DNA of 61,397 nt, the filler included. It is 6 parts of 6 records of this genome, joined end to end, with 100 filler letters (N's around TTAATTAATTAA, not from the genome) between each part and the next. Parts side by side here need not be neighbours in the genome. Positions count along the whole stretch, not along the records: positions 35,974 to 43,391 come from SRR2962707_994; positions 43,492 to 52,733 come from SRR2962707_995; 4 more parts are not named here. One strand, written 5' to 3'. The notes under the pieces were generated by a model, which was not told the origin of the DNA, made no database searches, and was given only the letters and a program-made list of their open reading frames with translations. Shown here piece after piece: positions 40,150 to 50,100 of this stretch (position 1 is the first letter of the stretch; the number at the start of each line of letters is the position of its first letter). A program made the translations under genes and the position numbers.

Positions 40150-40887
40150 TCAGATCAGCAAGGAAATGCCGCGCAGCAGATAGAAAATCCCTATCGCGGT
40201 CACGATCAGTCGCGTCCAGGCGCGGAAATTGGCGTCGGTCAGCCGCTGCAAGATCCAGTGTCCTGCACTGGTGCCAGCAATGGCGAAGGGCGCGGCCAGC
40301 GCAATGGCGCCCCATTCAAGCGGGGTCAGGACCTGGGTGGCATTCCAGTAGAACACAACCTTGGCCGCATGGGACACGACCTGGGTGGCCGCCTTGGTGG
40401 CAATAACCTTGCGGCGATCCATCTCGGTACGGATGAAGAAGATATCGACGGTGGGGCCGGACACGCCGACCGTCAGGTTCAGCCCACCGCCGAGCAGGCC
40501 ACAGAAAAATGCGTGCGCTGGCTTGCTGGCATCAAGCGCCAGCCAGTGCTTGGGGATCCAGACCAGAACGGGCAGCAGACCGATGGTGATGCAGACGGTG
40601 GCCAGATCGGGCGTGTAACGCACGATGAACAGGATGATGCCCGCCACCAGCAGCCCCAGGCAGATGGTGCCGAGGATTTTCCAGTCGATGAAGGCGCGGG
40701 ACAGAAAAGCCCGAGAACCATTGGCGACAATCTGGATGGCGCCCTGAACCGCTATTGCAGTGCCCACGGGCAGAATTGTCAGCAGAATGCCCAGAAGTAC
40801 GAGTCCGCCGGCCATGCCGAAGACGCCCGAGAGTGTTGACGTGGCAAACACTGCCAGCAGCAGCACCGCAGTGATCAAGATCGTCAT
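40150..40887 (-). CDS. TauE/SafE-family (sulfite exporter-like) membrane protein
   Basis: TLSGVFGMAGG in the N-terminal half and the internal repeat GLNLTVGVSGP; multiple TM segments. Confidence 0.85.
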   Translation of the reverse strand: MTILITAVLLLAVFATSTLSGVFGMAGGLVLLGILLTILPVGTAIAVQGAIQIVANGSRAFLSRAFIDWKILGTICLGLLVAGIILFIVRYTPDLATVCITIGLLPVLVWIPKHWLALDASKPAHAFFCGLLGGGLNLTVGVSGPTVDIFFIRTEMDRRKVIATKAATQVVSHAAKVVFYWNATQVLTPLEWGAIALAAPFAIAGTSAGHWILQRLTDANFRAWTRLIVTAIGIFYLLRGISLLI

Positions 40888-41006
40888 GCCCGTTTTCCCT
40901 CAAAGCTGAGGCTAGTCATGACTGCGCCGGTGGCATGCGCCAAGAAACAATGCGGCATGGGGGGATGCCGAATACGCGCCGGGAAGCGCTGGCCAGCCAG
41001 ACCGCC

Positions 41007-42905
41007 TCAGGTTGAGGCGGCCTTCGCATTGCCCTGGCTCACCAGTTCATCGGGAATGTCGTCAAAGCTGGAATAGTTCATGTTGTAGAGCTTGGCGTAG
41101 AGCCCGCCGAGTTCCATCAGTTCGTCATGATTGCCAGTTTCGATCAGTTCGCCATTCTGCAGCACGATGATCCGATCGGCGCCACGAATGGTGGCCAGCC
41201 GGTGGGCAATGACCATGCCAGTGCGACCCTCAAGCAGGGTCAACAGCGCCTTCTGAATCTGTCGCTCGGTATAGCTGTCGATATTGGCAGTGGCTTCGTC
41301 GAGCACCAGTATCTTGGCGTCGGCCACAAGCGCCCGTGCGAAACTGAGCAATTGCCGCTGGCCTTGCGAGAGGTTGGAGCCGCGCTGTTCGAGCACTGTG
41401 TCATAGCCTTCGGGCAGGCGGACGATAAACTCATGCGCTCCCACGGCCTTGGCCGCGTCAATGACGTCTTCAAGAGTAGCCGTACTTTTATTGTAGCGAA
41501 TGTTCTCGAACACGCTGCCGGTGAACAGGAAGGCCTCCTGGAGCACCATGGCAACCTGTTGACCAAGCGATTCCTGGGTGATGTCGCGCACGTCGTGCCC
41601 GCCAACCAGCACGGCGCCCGACTGCACTTCGTAGAAGCGATGCACCAGTGCCATTGCACTGGTCTTGCCCGATCCGGTGGGGCCGACCAGCGCGACGGTC
41701 TCGCCCGGCTTGACCTTGAAGCTGACCTTCTTGAGCACCGGGCGATCAGCATCATAGGCGAAGTCGACATTGCGGAACTCGACCGAGCCATCCATGTCGC
41801 GGGTCAATTCGATCGCCCCGGGCCTGTCGTTGATGGAGGCTGGAATATCGAGCACTTCGGTGATGCGCCGGCCCGAGGTCATGGCCCGCTGCATGATGGA
41901 ATACTGCATGGTCAGCGAGCGGATCGGATCAAAGAAGCGCTGCACATAGAACAGGAAGGCGACGATGACGCCGACTTCGAGTCCGCCATTGAGCACCAGC
42001 GAGCCACCCACCACCACAACGATGGCCATGGCTGAACCGGTGAGACTGTCGACGATGGGCACCATGACCTGAGCAAAGCGTGAGCCGGTCAGCTGGGTGC
42101 GCAAATTGGCGTAGGCCTTGTCATCGAACAGGTCGAAATTGACCTTCTGGCGGTCCAGATTCTGCACCGTGCGCACGCCATTGATCCCCTCGGCCATGGC
42201 GCCGGCGGTGATCGAATTGGTTTCATGCGCCGCCCAGAAGGCACGCTTGGCGCGGGGCAACCAGAAGATGCGCACCACAAACAGGATGGGCATGGTGGAC
42301 AGGGTCAGCAAGCCCAGACGAAAATCGAGGCTGAGCAGCACCACCACGATACCGACCAGCAGCACCATGTCGCCGACCGAGATCACCGAGGTTTCCAAAA
42401 ACTCCTGCATGGAGTTCACATCGCCCTGCAATCGGCTCATCAGGCGGCCGACTTCAGTCTTGTCCATGAAGCTGAGCGAGACACGCTGGAGTTGTGCAAA
42501 CATGGCGCGGCGCATGTCGAACAGCACATTTTCAGCAACCTTGCCAACTTCGGTTTCCTGAACGAAGGACGCGCCAAAATTGAACAGGACGGCGATGGCA
42601 AAGGCGCCGATGGCCCACAGCAGATTGGTGGCGTTGCCGCCCTGGGTCATGCCGCTATCGATGGCGCGCCCGATGATCAGGGGGATCGCCAGCTGGGTGG
42701 TGGTAAACACCAGCACCGCTGCCACGGCCAGATAGATGCGCAGCCTGTATGGGCGCACAAAGGCCCAGATACGGCGCACCGTTTTGGGGTCATAGGCCTT
42801 GCCGAAAATCTCTTCTTCAATGCGGTGGCTGCCGACGCTGGCACGGGGGGGACGCTGACCGGGGAAGGATGCGGTTTCGCGTTCGTCTTGATCAATAGCG
42901 CTCAT
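41007..42905 (-). CDS. ABC exporter, fused permease/ATPase (MdlB-like half of a heterodimer)
   Basis: TM domain; GPTGSGKT, LSQGQRQ, LVLDEAT, IAHRL. Confidence 0.95.
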   Translation of the reverse strand: MSAIDQDERETASFPGQRPPRASVGSHRIEEEIFGKAYDPKTVRRIWAFVRPYRLRIYLAVAAVLVFTTTQLAIPLIIGRAIDSGMTQGGNATNLLWAIGAFAIAVLFNFGASFVQETEVGKVAENVLFDMRRAMFAQLQRVSLSFMDKTEVGRLMSRLQGDVNSMQEFLETSVISVGDMVLLVGIVVVLLSLDFRLGLLTLSTMPILFVVRIFWLPRAKRAFWAAHETNSITAGAMAEGINGVRTVQNLDRQKVNFDLFDDKAYANLRTQLTGSRFAQVMVPIVDSLTGSAMAIVVVVGGSLVLNGGLEVGVIVAFLFYVQRFFDPIRSLTMQYSIMQRAMTSGRRITEVLDIPASINDRPGAIELTRDMDGSVEFRNVDFAYDADRPVLKKVSFKVKPGETVALVGPTGSGKTSAMALVHRFYEVQSGAVLVGGHDVRDITQESLGQQVAMVLQEAFLFTGSVFENIRYNKSTATLEDVIDAAKAVGAHEFIVRLPEGYDTVLEQRGSNLSQGQRQLLSFARALVADAKILVLDEATANIDSYTERQIQKALLTLLEGRTGMVIAHRLATIRGADRIIVLQNGELIETGNHDELMELGGLYAKLYNMNYSSFDDIPDELVSQGNAKAAST

Positions 42906-43391
42906 TGGGCTGCGCTCCCGAGTTCGATATCGTCGGTGGGGCGGGTTTGCAGGTCATAGAGCGCGCGATATCGCCCTCCCAATGCCAGAAGTTCGTCATG
43001 CGTGCCCTGTTCGACAATCTTGCCGTTCTCGAGGAACAGAATGGTGTCGGCATGCAGCAGCGAGCTGAGGCGATGGGAGATGACCAGCGTCACCCGGTCC
43101 TTGGCGTAACGGCGGATGGCGCTGCGAATACGGTGTTCGGTGCCCGCATCAATGGCCGCGGTGGAATCATCGAACACCATCACTGCTGGCTTGAGCACAA
43201 GGCTGCGGGCAATCGACAGGCGCTGGCGCTGCCCACCGGAAAGCGAGACGCCGCGCTCGCCCACCACGGTGTCGTAACCGGCGGGCAGACCCATGATGTA
43301 GTTGTGCAGCTGGGCGCTTTCGGCGGCCTTTTCGATCTTGGTCTCCTTGGACCAGGGATCACCATAGGCGATGTTGTTCTCGATGGTGGTG
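42902..43391 (-). CDS. ABC exporter ATPase C-terminus (MdlA-like partner), 5' truncated
   Basis: LSGGQRQRLSIAR, degenerate Walker B VFDDST, ISHRL; stop overlaps the next ATG. Confidence 0.9.
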
Positions 43392-43491
43392 NNNNNNNNN
43401 NNNNNNNNNNNNNNNNNNNNNNNNNNNNNNNNNNNTTAATTAATTAANNNNNNNNNNNNNNNNNNNNNNNNNNNNNNNNNNNNNNNNNNNN
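43392..43491. other. Artificial contig spacer 4
   Basis: Same design. An ABC gene is truncated on the left; a eukaryotic trinucleotide repeat starts on the right. Confidence 0.98.
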
Positions 43492-43530
43492 CGCCGCCGC
43501 CGCTGCTGCTGCTGCTGCTGCCGTTGTTGC
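43492..43530 (+). repeat. (GCC)n(GCT)n trinucleotide repeat at contig start
   Basis: cgccgccgccgctgctgctgctgctgctgccgttgttgc. Confidence 0.85.
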
Positions 43531-43967
43531 TACTTTTCCTTTTCGTGTTGATGCGGGTGTTGGTGGCGCTGTGCGGGCGCGTTGTGAGTGCTTCGCGTGC
43601 TTCGCGTGCTCGCTCTTCTGTGTCTCTTCTGTGTGCGTTGTGCGTTGTGTGCTGCTTTTGCGTGTGCTTGCTCGATCTTTCTTCGTGTGCTTCCTTCAGT
43701 GGTCGCGTACTTTGCGCTTGCTTTGCCCTGTGTGCGCATGGAGCCCACAAGTGGAGCGAGTGTGCGTGCGTGCGTGCTTCAAGGCAGCAGCAAGTGTGGC
43801 TTCTCTCCATAGCTCGCTAACGTTCACTCTCCTCATTAGAAGATGGAAGTTCAAATTCATTCTGCGGCTGTGGTTGTTTTGTTTCGCTTTTAGGGTTTGT
43901 TGAGTGAGTTAACACTCATTTTGTTTGATTGTTGTCGGTTTGTGAAGAAGTCCCGCCCAGGTGCAAC

Positions 43968-46900
43968 ATGTTGTGCGGGTCGTGGGCGTCAAGACTGTGC
44001 GTTTGCACGGTCTATCTCCTTGCTGCTGGAGTGTTCAAAGGCGCAGCGTATGGGGCTGACAACAACACTCCGTTGTGGCTGCACAACTCAGTCCTCCAGA
44101 CCAGGCTGGAAGTTGACGTGAGTGCGGCTGTTTTAAACTGCCTGCTTGTGGAAGAATCCGGAGGCTCTACCAAGAGTGAAGCGGTCGGCGGAGGTGATGC
44201 GAGCCGGTCGTACCTGTCGCTGCAGCAAAAGATTGACAGAAAGTCGCAAAAGTCTCCGCGCGCACTTGCAGTTGCCGTTGAAATGGCCACTATAGCCGGT
44301 AGATTTGCAAAATTGGGGAGCGTCCACGTGCAGGGCTTCTACAGAACTGAAGTCTACGTCAGTGCAACGTTGCAAGCTCTGGTGGTCAAGCACACACCTT
44401 TCGCAGGCTTGCAAACTTTCTTGGATGTGACTGCGACTGATGGCACCGACGACGACACCAAGAGCACTTCTATGAGCACGTGGACAATCTTCAATAATGT
44501 CGAGGACTATTTGAGCGAAAACTACAGAGGAAATTACAGTGGGTGGTTCTCGGCAGTTACTCTCGACTCGTCGAACTCACCAAGTGTCGTGCACCAGTTT
44601 CCAACACACTGGACACGTCTGATGGCCGCTTCATCCGCGCCAGGCATCCGCAACTTCTCTTGCTCTTCGACATCTTCTGGTGACACGCCGACATCAGCGC
44701 CCCGTTCGGCAATTCCCTTCAAGACCCTTGAGCCATACGTGACGAAGCAGTGCAATTCTGCCAGCGAACTTTTGAATAGGTGGGAATTGAAACAGCAAGT
44801 GCGCGCTCCCGGTGCCTTCGAGTGGCTGATGGACGCACTGTGTCACTTTGATCTGGAGTTTACACTCCGTCATCAATCACTGGCTGGCAGTGATGATCGC
44901 GTGCTCACTCAGGATAGGGCGCTCGCGATTGGAGGCATATTGTCTCGGCTTCATCAACTCTCATATGAGCACGCACTTGCTTCTGTGATTGGCTTTCAAG
45001 CGCTGCAGTACAAGGTCGGAGCTCCTGTTCGGGGCAAACACGGAGTGCTCTGGCCCCTAGCACTTCCCGAGAAAGTGCTGCTAAACGCGGTGGAGGTGCT
45101 TGTCGACACAATGTACATGGCACATCTTTACCAAGAGGCACTTGGTTGCCTTGATTGGCTTTTGGACCTAGATAGCGTTATGCACGTGGAACCTGGAGAC
45201 CAGTGGGTGCGTTGGCGGCATCCCTTGGAGATCAAAGTCTAAACAATGAGTACATAGTTTCACGGATGGAATTCAACTTCTCTTGCTGCTGCACTGTGCT
45301 GTGTTTTGCAGGTAAATAGAATCTTGCTGCTCCGTGCCTTGTCTGAATTTCATGTGGGCAATCTTGGTGCCGCTGCCATGGACCTCGCTGTGTTAACTCC
45401 ACGGGTGCCTGAGGATTTCATGGTGCCGTTCGTGCTCAAGGGGATAGTGGAAATGATCGACGCGTCAAACCACCACCATGGTGCCTTGTCAGAAGTGAAA
45501 CGAACTTTCGTGGACCAGAGTTTATTGGTGGCAGATGCTCGGCATGCATCCTTGACAAGGCAATGTCAAATGAACTATGCAGGCTTCCAAATCCCGTATC
45601 TTGCAGCCACGGATGACCTGCCTGACAAACACAGACGCCGCGATGGCGATGGGGCTTCAACGGAGACATTCATCCATGAGCCAAGCTTGGCTGACGTCGA
45701 GCATTTTCGGCGCAAACAAGGTTGGCCAAAGAAGACCGCGTGGACACCCGATCGTCTGGACCACATTCCAACTCGAGCAGAGTTTGAAAGGTATGCTGCG
45801 GCCAGAAAGCCTTTCATTATATCGATTCCCGATCACGATTATCAAACGAACAACAATTGCAGCAGCACGATGCAAGCAATGGGCTGGGATCGTGTTTGTC
45901 AATGGGACAGTCAGTATCTTTGTGAGCAAATCCCTGATGCAAAGGTGAGTCTGTTCGTTGTGTTCAATTGCTGGGATCACCCTGAAATGCCACGAATCAC
46001 TTTTGATGTTATCGACCAACACCTCGCAGGTGTGGCTTCATGCTCCCGTCAACAGGACGATCGATGGAGCGCCACAATTTGGGGTGACATGGAAGCCGGC
46101 GAAGAGACAATTTGAGTCATTCTGTTCCTTCGCACGAGAGTGCTTTAGCAGCCCGTTGACCGATGGCAGTGATGTTTGTTTATCAAAGCAATGTGCAAGT
46201 GGAAAGGAACCAGCGTCTGATAGATACTTTGATCTTGGATCTACTGTTTCGCATGAAAAATTTCGGTTTCCGCTCGACCGTCTTCGCAGCGACTTTCCAT
46301 TTCCTGCGTTTTTGGAATTGCGTGAGATTAAGATGGTTGCAATGTGGATGGGGGCATCTCCAATGGATCAGCCCTCCAACAGTGGTACGAGACTGTTCGG
46401 GTGCTTGTTTAAGTCGTTTTGTTGCTAGACACTGTCATTTATGGCTTTTTGGACGTTGTGACCCCTTGCTTGACCAGGGCTGCATTTTGACAACATGGAC
46501 AATTTTCATGTCGTCACACACGGGACAAAACACTGGAAAATATTCAGTCCGGTTGACGCGCCTCGTCTGGACTATATCTACCCACCAACGGAAGTCTCGG
46601 ACATGGGGTTCATTTTGGATGTTGACGACTTCCGTAGCAAACATTCCACCGGAAAGACAACCCAAGCACAACCTGCAAAGAGCATTCTCGCGTCATGGCA
46701 ACGCCGTGGCTTTATTGGGCGCTTCAGCAGACGCGGCCGTGTTTATAGCAACACTTCCGTCGACGCGCGCGGTGGTGGTGACTTCGACTTTAGGGATGCG
46801 GTGGTTGCTGAGTTTACCATCCGCGACGGTGAAGGGTTGTACTTACCTGGTGGATGGGCACATGAAGTGGAATCTTCGGGAACACACGTTGGTCTTACTT

Positions 46901-47034
46901 TTTGGACACCACCACCCCGTGGGCAAATGAACGCTCTTCCTAAATTTGCGCCACGGTCTGAGCTAAAGCATCGGGTTCACACCAAACCCCAAAGCCGAAA
47001 AGAGCAGATTCGAGAACGGAGGGCGCGCAAGTAA
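43968..47034 (+). CDS. 4-exon JmjC/cupin-8 Fe(II)/2-oxoglutarate oxygenase with N-terminal signal peptide (~927 aa)
   Basis: Exons 43968-45206, 45312-45944, 46030-46384, 46478-47034 (2784 nt, in frame). Splicing gives AMWMG...SGLHFDNMDNFHVVTHGTKHWKIFSP...GEGLYLPGGWAHEVES (HxD...H triad). Upstream EFERYAAARKPFII...W is typical of JMJD5/FIH-like proteins. Confidence 0.8.
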
Positions 47035-47139
47035 ATGACATCGGTGCAGGCACAGCTATGCCAAAGGGGTATACTTTCCACGTTTTAAAACTTCATCAAT
47101 ATTTATTTATAATTTCAAATCGAACAAACAGCAGAGACG

Positions 47140-50100
47140 TCAAAAACACACATCCAGCTGCTTTGCAGCCTTTCGAATGGCGAGGCGAGCCCCCATTGAC
47201 ATGACACCGATGGCCTGCCATTCGCCACAAGAGCCAGCAATTCCAGCCGGACAAGTGAGCAAAATTACGTGTGGCAAGACACGCAAACAAAACACTGCAC
47301 AATACGAAAGTACATACCCTCAACTGGGAGTCTGTCAGCAAAGGTAGCAGCTCCATCCCAATTTCCTCTCTCTCAAAAGCGTGGTAGTACTTTTCGACTC
47401 CAATACTTCGTAGAAATGAACTGCAAGTTGAAAACAGAAGGTGCGCGCGCACACACAATTACCACAGCACAAAAAATCACTTAAATCCAGGACGTTCTGT
47501 TCTTCGAATTCCACGCGGTCCCAACGGTGCGCTTCACGTAACCGCAGTGGACCGGATTTGCATCATTCACTGGCCAAACGTCACTTACGCAAGTGTGGGC
47601 TCTGTGCGATTGGCGTTTCCACTGGAATAGCCAACGTCAGCCACTTCGCTGCTGCTGTCCGAGACCACAAGCGCGTGACTCCGCGTAGCGGGTGGTCGGT
47701 GGGAGCTTTCTGCAACCCGTAGTCGAGAGCGTAATTCTTCCATCTCCGACACCCAGTTGCGGGCTTGTTCCCGATGAGCCTCTTGAGAGTCGGCCAACTC
47801 AGCTTGGAGCTTGATTAATGGTGCCATGCAACGAAATGCCAAGAAGGGTCAGCAGTCAGATGAACAAACGCCTAGTGGTACTGCGGGACCAGCAAGGAAC
47901 ACACCTGCTTGTTGCGCTTTCCAAGGACCGTGTTGGTAATACTCAGTCCGTCGTGCTTCCCCTGCAGTATGTTTAAGCGTTGCTGCAATTCATCGTTGTC
48001 GGTCTTTAAGACCGTTGTCTGAAACCCCGCACAGTGCACCAAGCAGATGAAACATAGAACTGCTACATTGTGAGCAACACAACACAGGCACAGGCAACAA
48101 ATGTAACGGAGACGTACTTCTGCAACACAGTTGGACAGTCGGTTGCGGGCACTTGCAAGCACAGTCTGCATCTTCTGCAGTTGGTTTTGGTGGCTATCGG
48201 TGCTGAGCGGGTTCCACTCCGGCGGATCACGGGTGCCAGGTTCTGTGGCTGCCGAGTTCATGTGGTGCAAGGAACTTGCGTAGTCCCACAAGTCGACGTT
48301 CTCCAGCGACTTGGTTGGTGTCAGATCTCCACAGCTCACGGCGTTGCGGATTGGCTTAACCAAGCCAGATTTTTGCAGCACTTCATCGTTGACCTGATGT
48401 CCGCCGTGAGGAACTTTGCTATGCATCCTGCGTTCTTCGGCATCAATTGGTTCGGCAGACGATGCAACTTGTGAAATTGGAACTCGATTTTCCGCCGTTG
48501 GGACCTTCTGCTTGAAACTTCCATCGCCCACTGCTGACAACGACTGTGACAACGACAAGGTGGTGTCGACAGAAGTTTTGTCCTCTGTTTCAGCAGCTTT
48601 TTCTGCCAGTTCATCACGGCGACTCAGGGCTTCAACGTAGTTCCCAGCTTCAGCAATGTATGTCCGCATTCGGCCTTTGCCTTTAATTGTGCGTGTTCCG
48701 AAGTCATGAAACTGCACGACATCCTTGATAAGGGCGTGAGTAGTGTCGCTGACATGAATAGCCATCGGGAACCCATGACTTTCCATTCGTGACGCGGTGT
48801 TAACAGTGTCCCCAAAGAAACAGTACCGAGGCATCTTCTCGCCAACAACACCCGAATACGCGGGGCCAGAGTGAATTCCGATGCGAATCTGAACGTGTTT
48901 TTTCCCCATGTGTTCTCGACCGCCCGGAATCAAGACACTTTTGCAGGCTTCGAGCATGTACTCAGCAAAACGGTAGACCTTCAACGCGTGGTCTTCCAAA
49001 CTTTCTTCGTCATGACCGGCGACAACCATGTATGCGTCGCCAATGGTCTCCACTTTGTACACACCCAGGTCATCCGTCCGGGCATCGAAAAGCGTAAACA
49101 TGTTGTTCAAGAGTTCCACAATTTCGATAGTGTCTAGCTTGTGTGCCAGAGTCGTAAACGATACAATATCGCTGAACAAAATCGTGACCTTCTTGTGTTT
49201 GTCCGCAATCAAGCGTTCCCCCTTCTTCAATCGGCGAATGATGTGCGGCGGGAGCAACTCTTGCAACAACTCGTTGCTGCGCCGTGCTTCCAACTCGACT
49301 CTCCACAGATTCTTCAAGCGCAGTTGAGTCTCAATACGCGCAATGAGTTCTTTGCGGTTGAAGGGTTTGGTGACATAGTCGTTAGCACCAACCTCTAAAC
49401 CCCTCACGATTTCCTCTTTCGTGACTTTCGCCGAAACCATGATAATGGGAAGCATCGACGTTTTATACTTTTCTCGCAGAATCTGGCAAACTTCGTGCCC
49501 GGACATACCGGGCATCATCACGTCGAGGAGCACCAGGTCGGGCAAATAGTCACGGGACTCGAGCAAGTTGATGGCTGACTGACCATCCATACATGCAGTG
49601 ACCACAAAGCCCAAACTTGAGGCAATGTTTTCTACAACTAACTGATTCGTGGGGTTGTCATCAACAGACAAAATCTCGATTTTTCCAGCAACATCGCTGT
49701 GAGACACAAGGCCACTTGGAGCAGGTGAAGTTTGCGCGAGAGGGGACCCCAGTGCGCTGCGACTCAGTGCCTGAGAGGCAAATTCATCGGAATCACCACT
49801 GCCGGCGCTGGGGCTGCTTTCTTTCGCTGCGTTTGCTGTCGCGGCAGCTTCCGCTCGCAGCTTGTACGCAGCGACTTTGGCTCTTTCTTCCTTCAACTTG
49901 CGCTTGAGGGTGGCAATCTCTCGGTCCCGGACAGCGATACCAGTAGAAGCATCACTGCCACTACGTCCCCGGGCACCACGAGTTGATGCGTCACCACCTT
50001 CGTCGCTGCTGTGCTGGTCACCGCACGACTGGCCTGAATCAATCTCTTTCAAATAAGGGCTCCCAAAGCCACTGCTCACGCTGCTTCTAGGACTGCGAAG

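Noticed and set aside
39206-40315. 369-aa LysR with an N-terminal extension
   Set aside because: The extension overlaps tauE; an AGGAG RBS and the HTH position support a start at 40117.
36004-42959. Long plus-strand ORFs (36004-37503, 40111-40839, 41127-42035, 42225-42959)
   Set aside because: Antisense shadows of well-supported minus-strand genes.
43150-43185. Walker B DD instead of DE as a sign of pseudogenisation
   Set aside because: A degenerate nucleotide site is normal in one half of heterodimeric ABC exporters.
24131-43491. Bacterial genes inserted into a eukaryotic chromosome (horizontal transfer)
   Set aside because: Every junction is a synthetic spacer; the bacterial blocks have operons, no introns and edge-truncated genes.
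43524-43903. Cys-rich small ORFs upstream of the JmjC gene
   Set aside because: Products of GT/GC-rich low-complexity sequence with non-ATG or weak starts; probably UTR or promoter.
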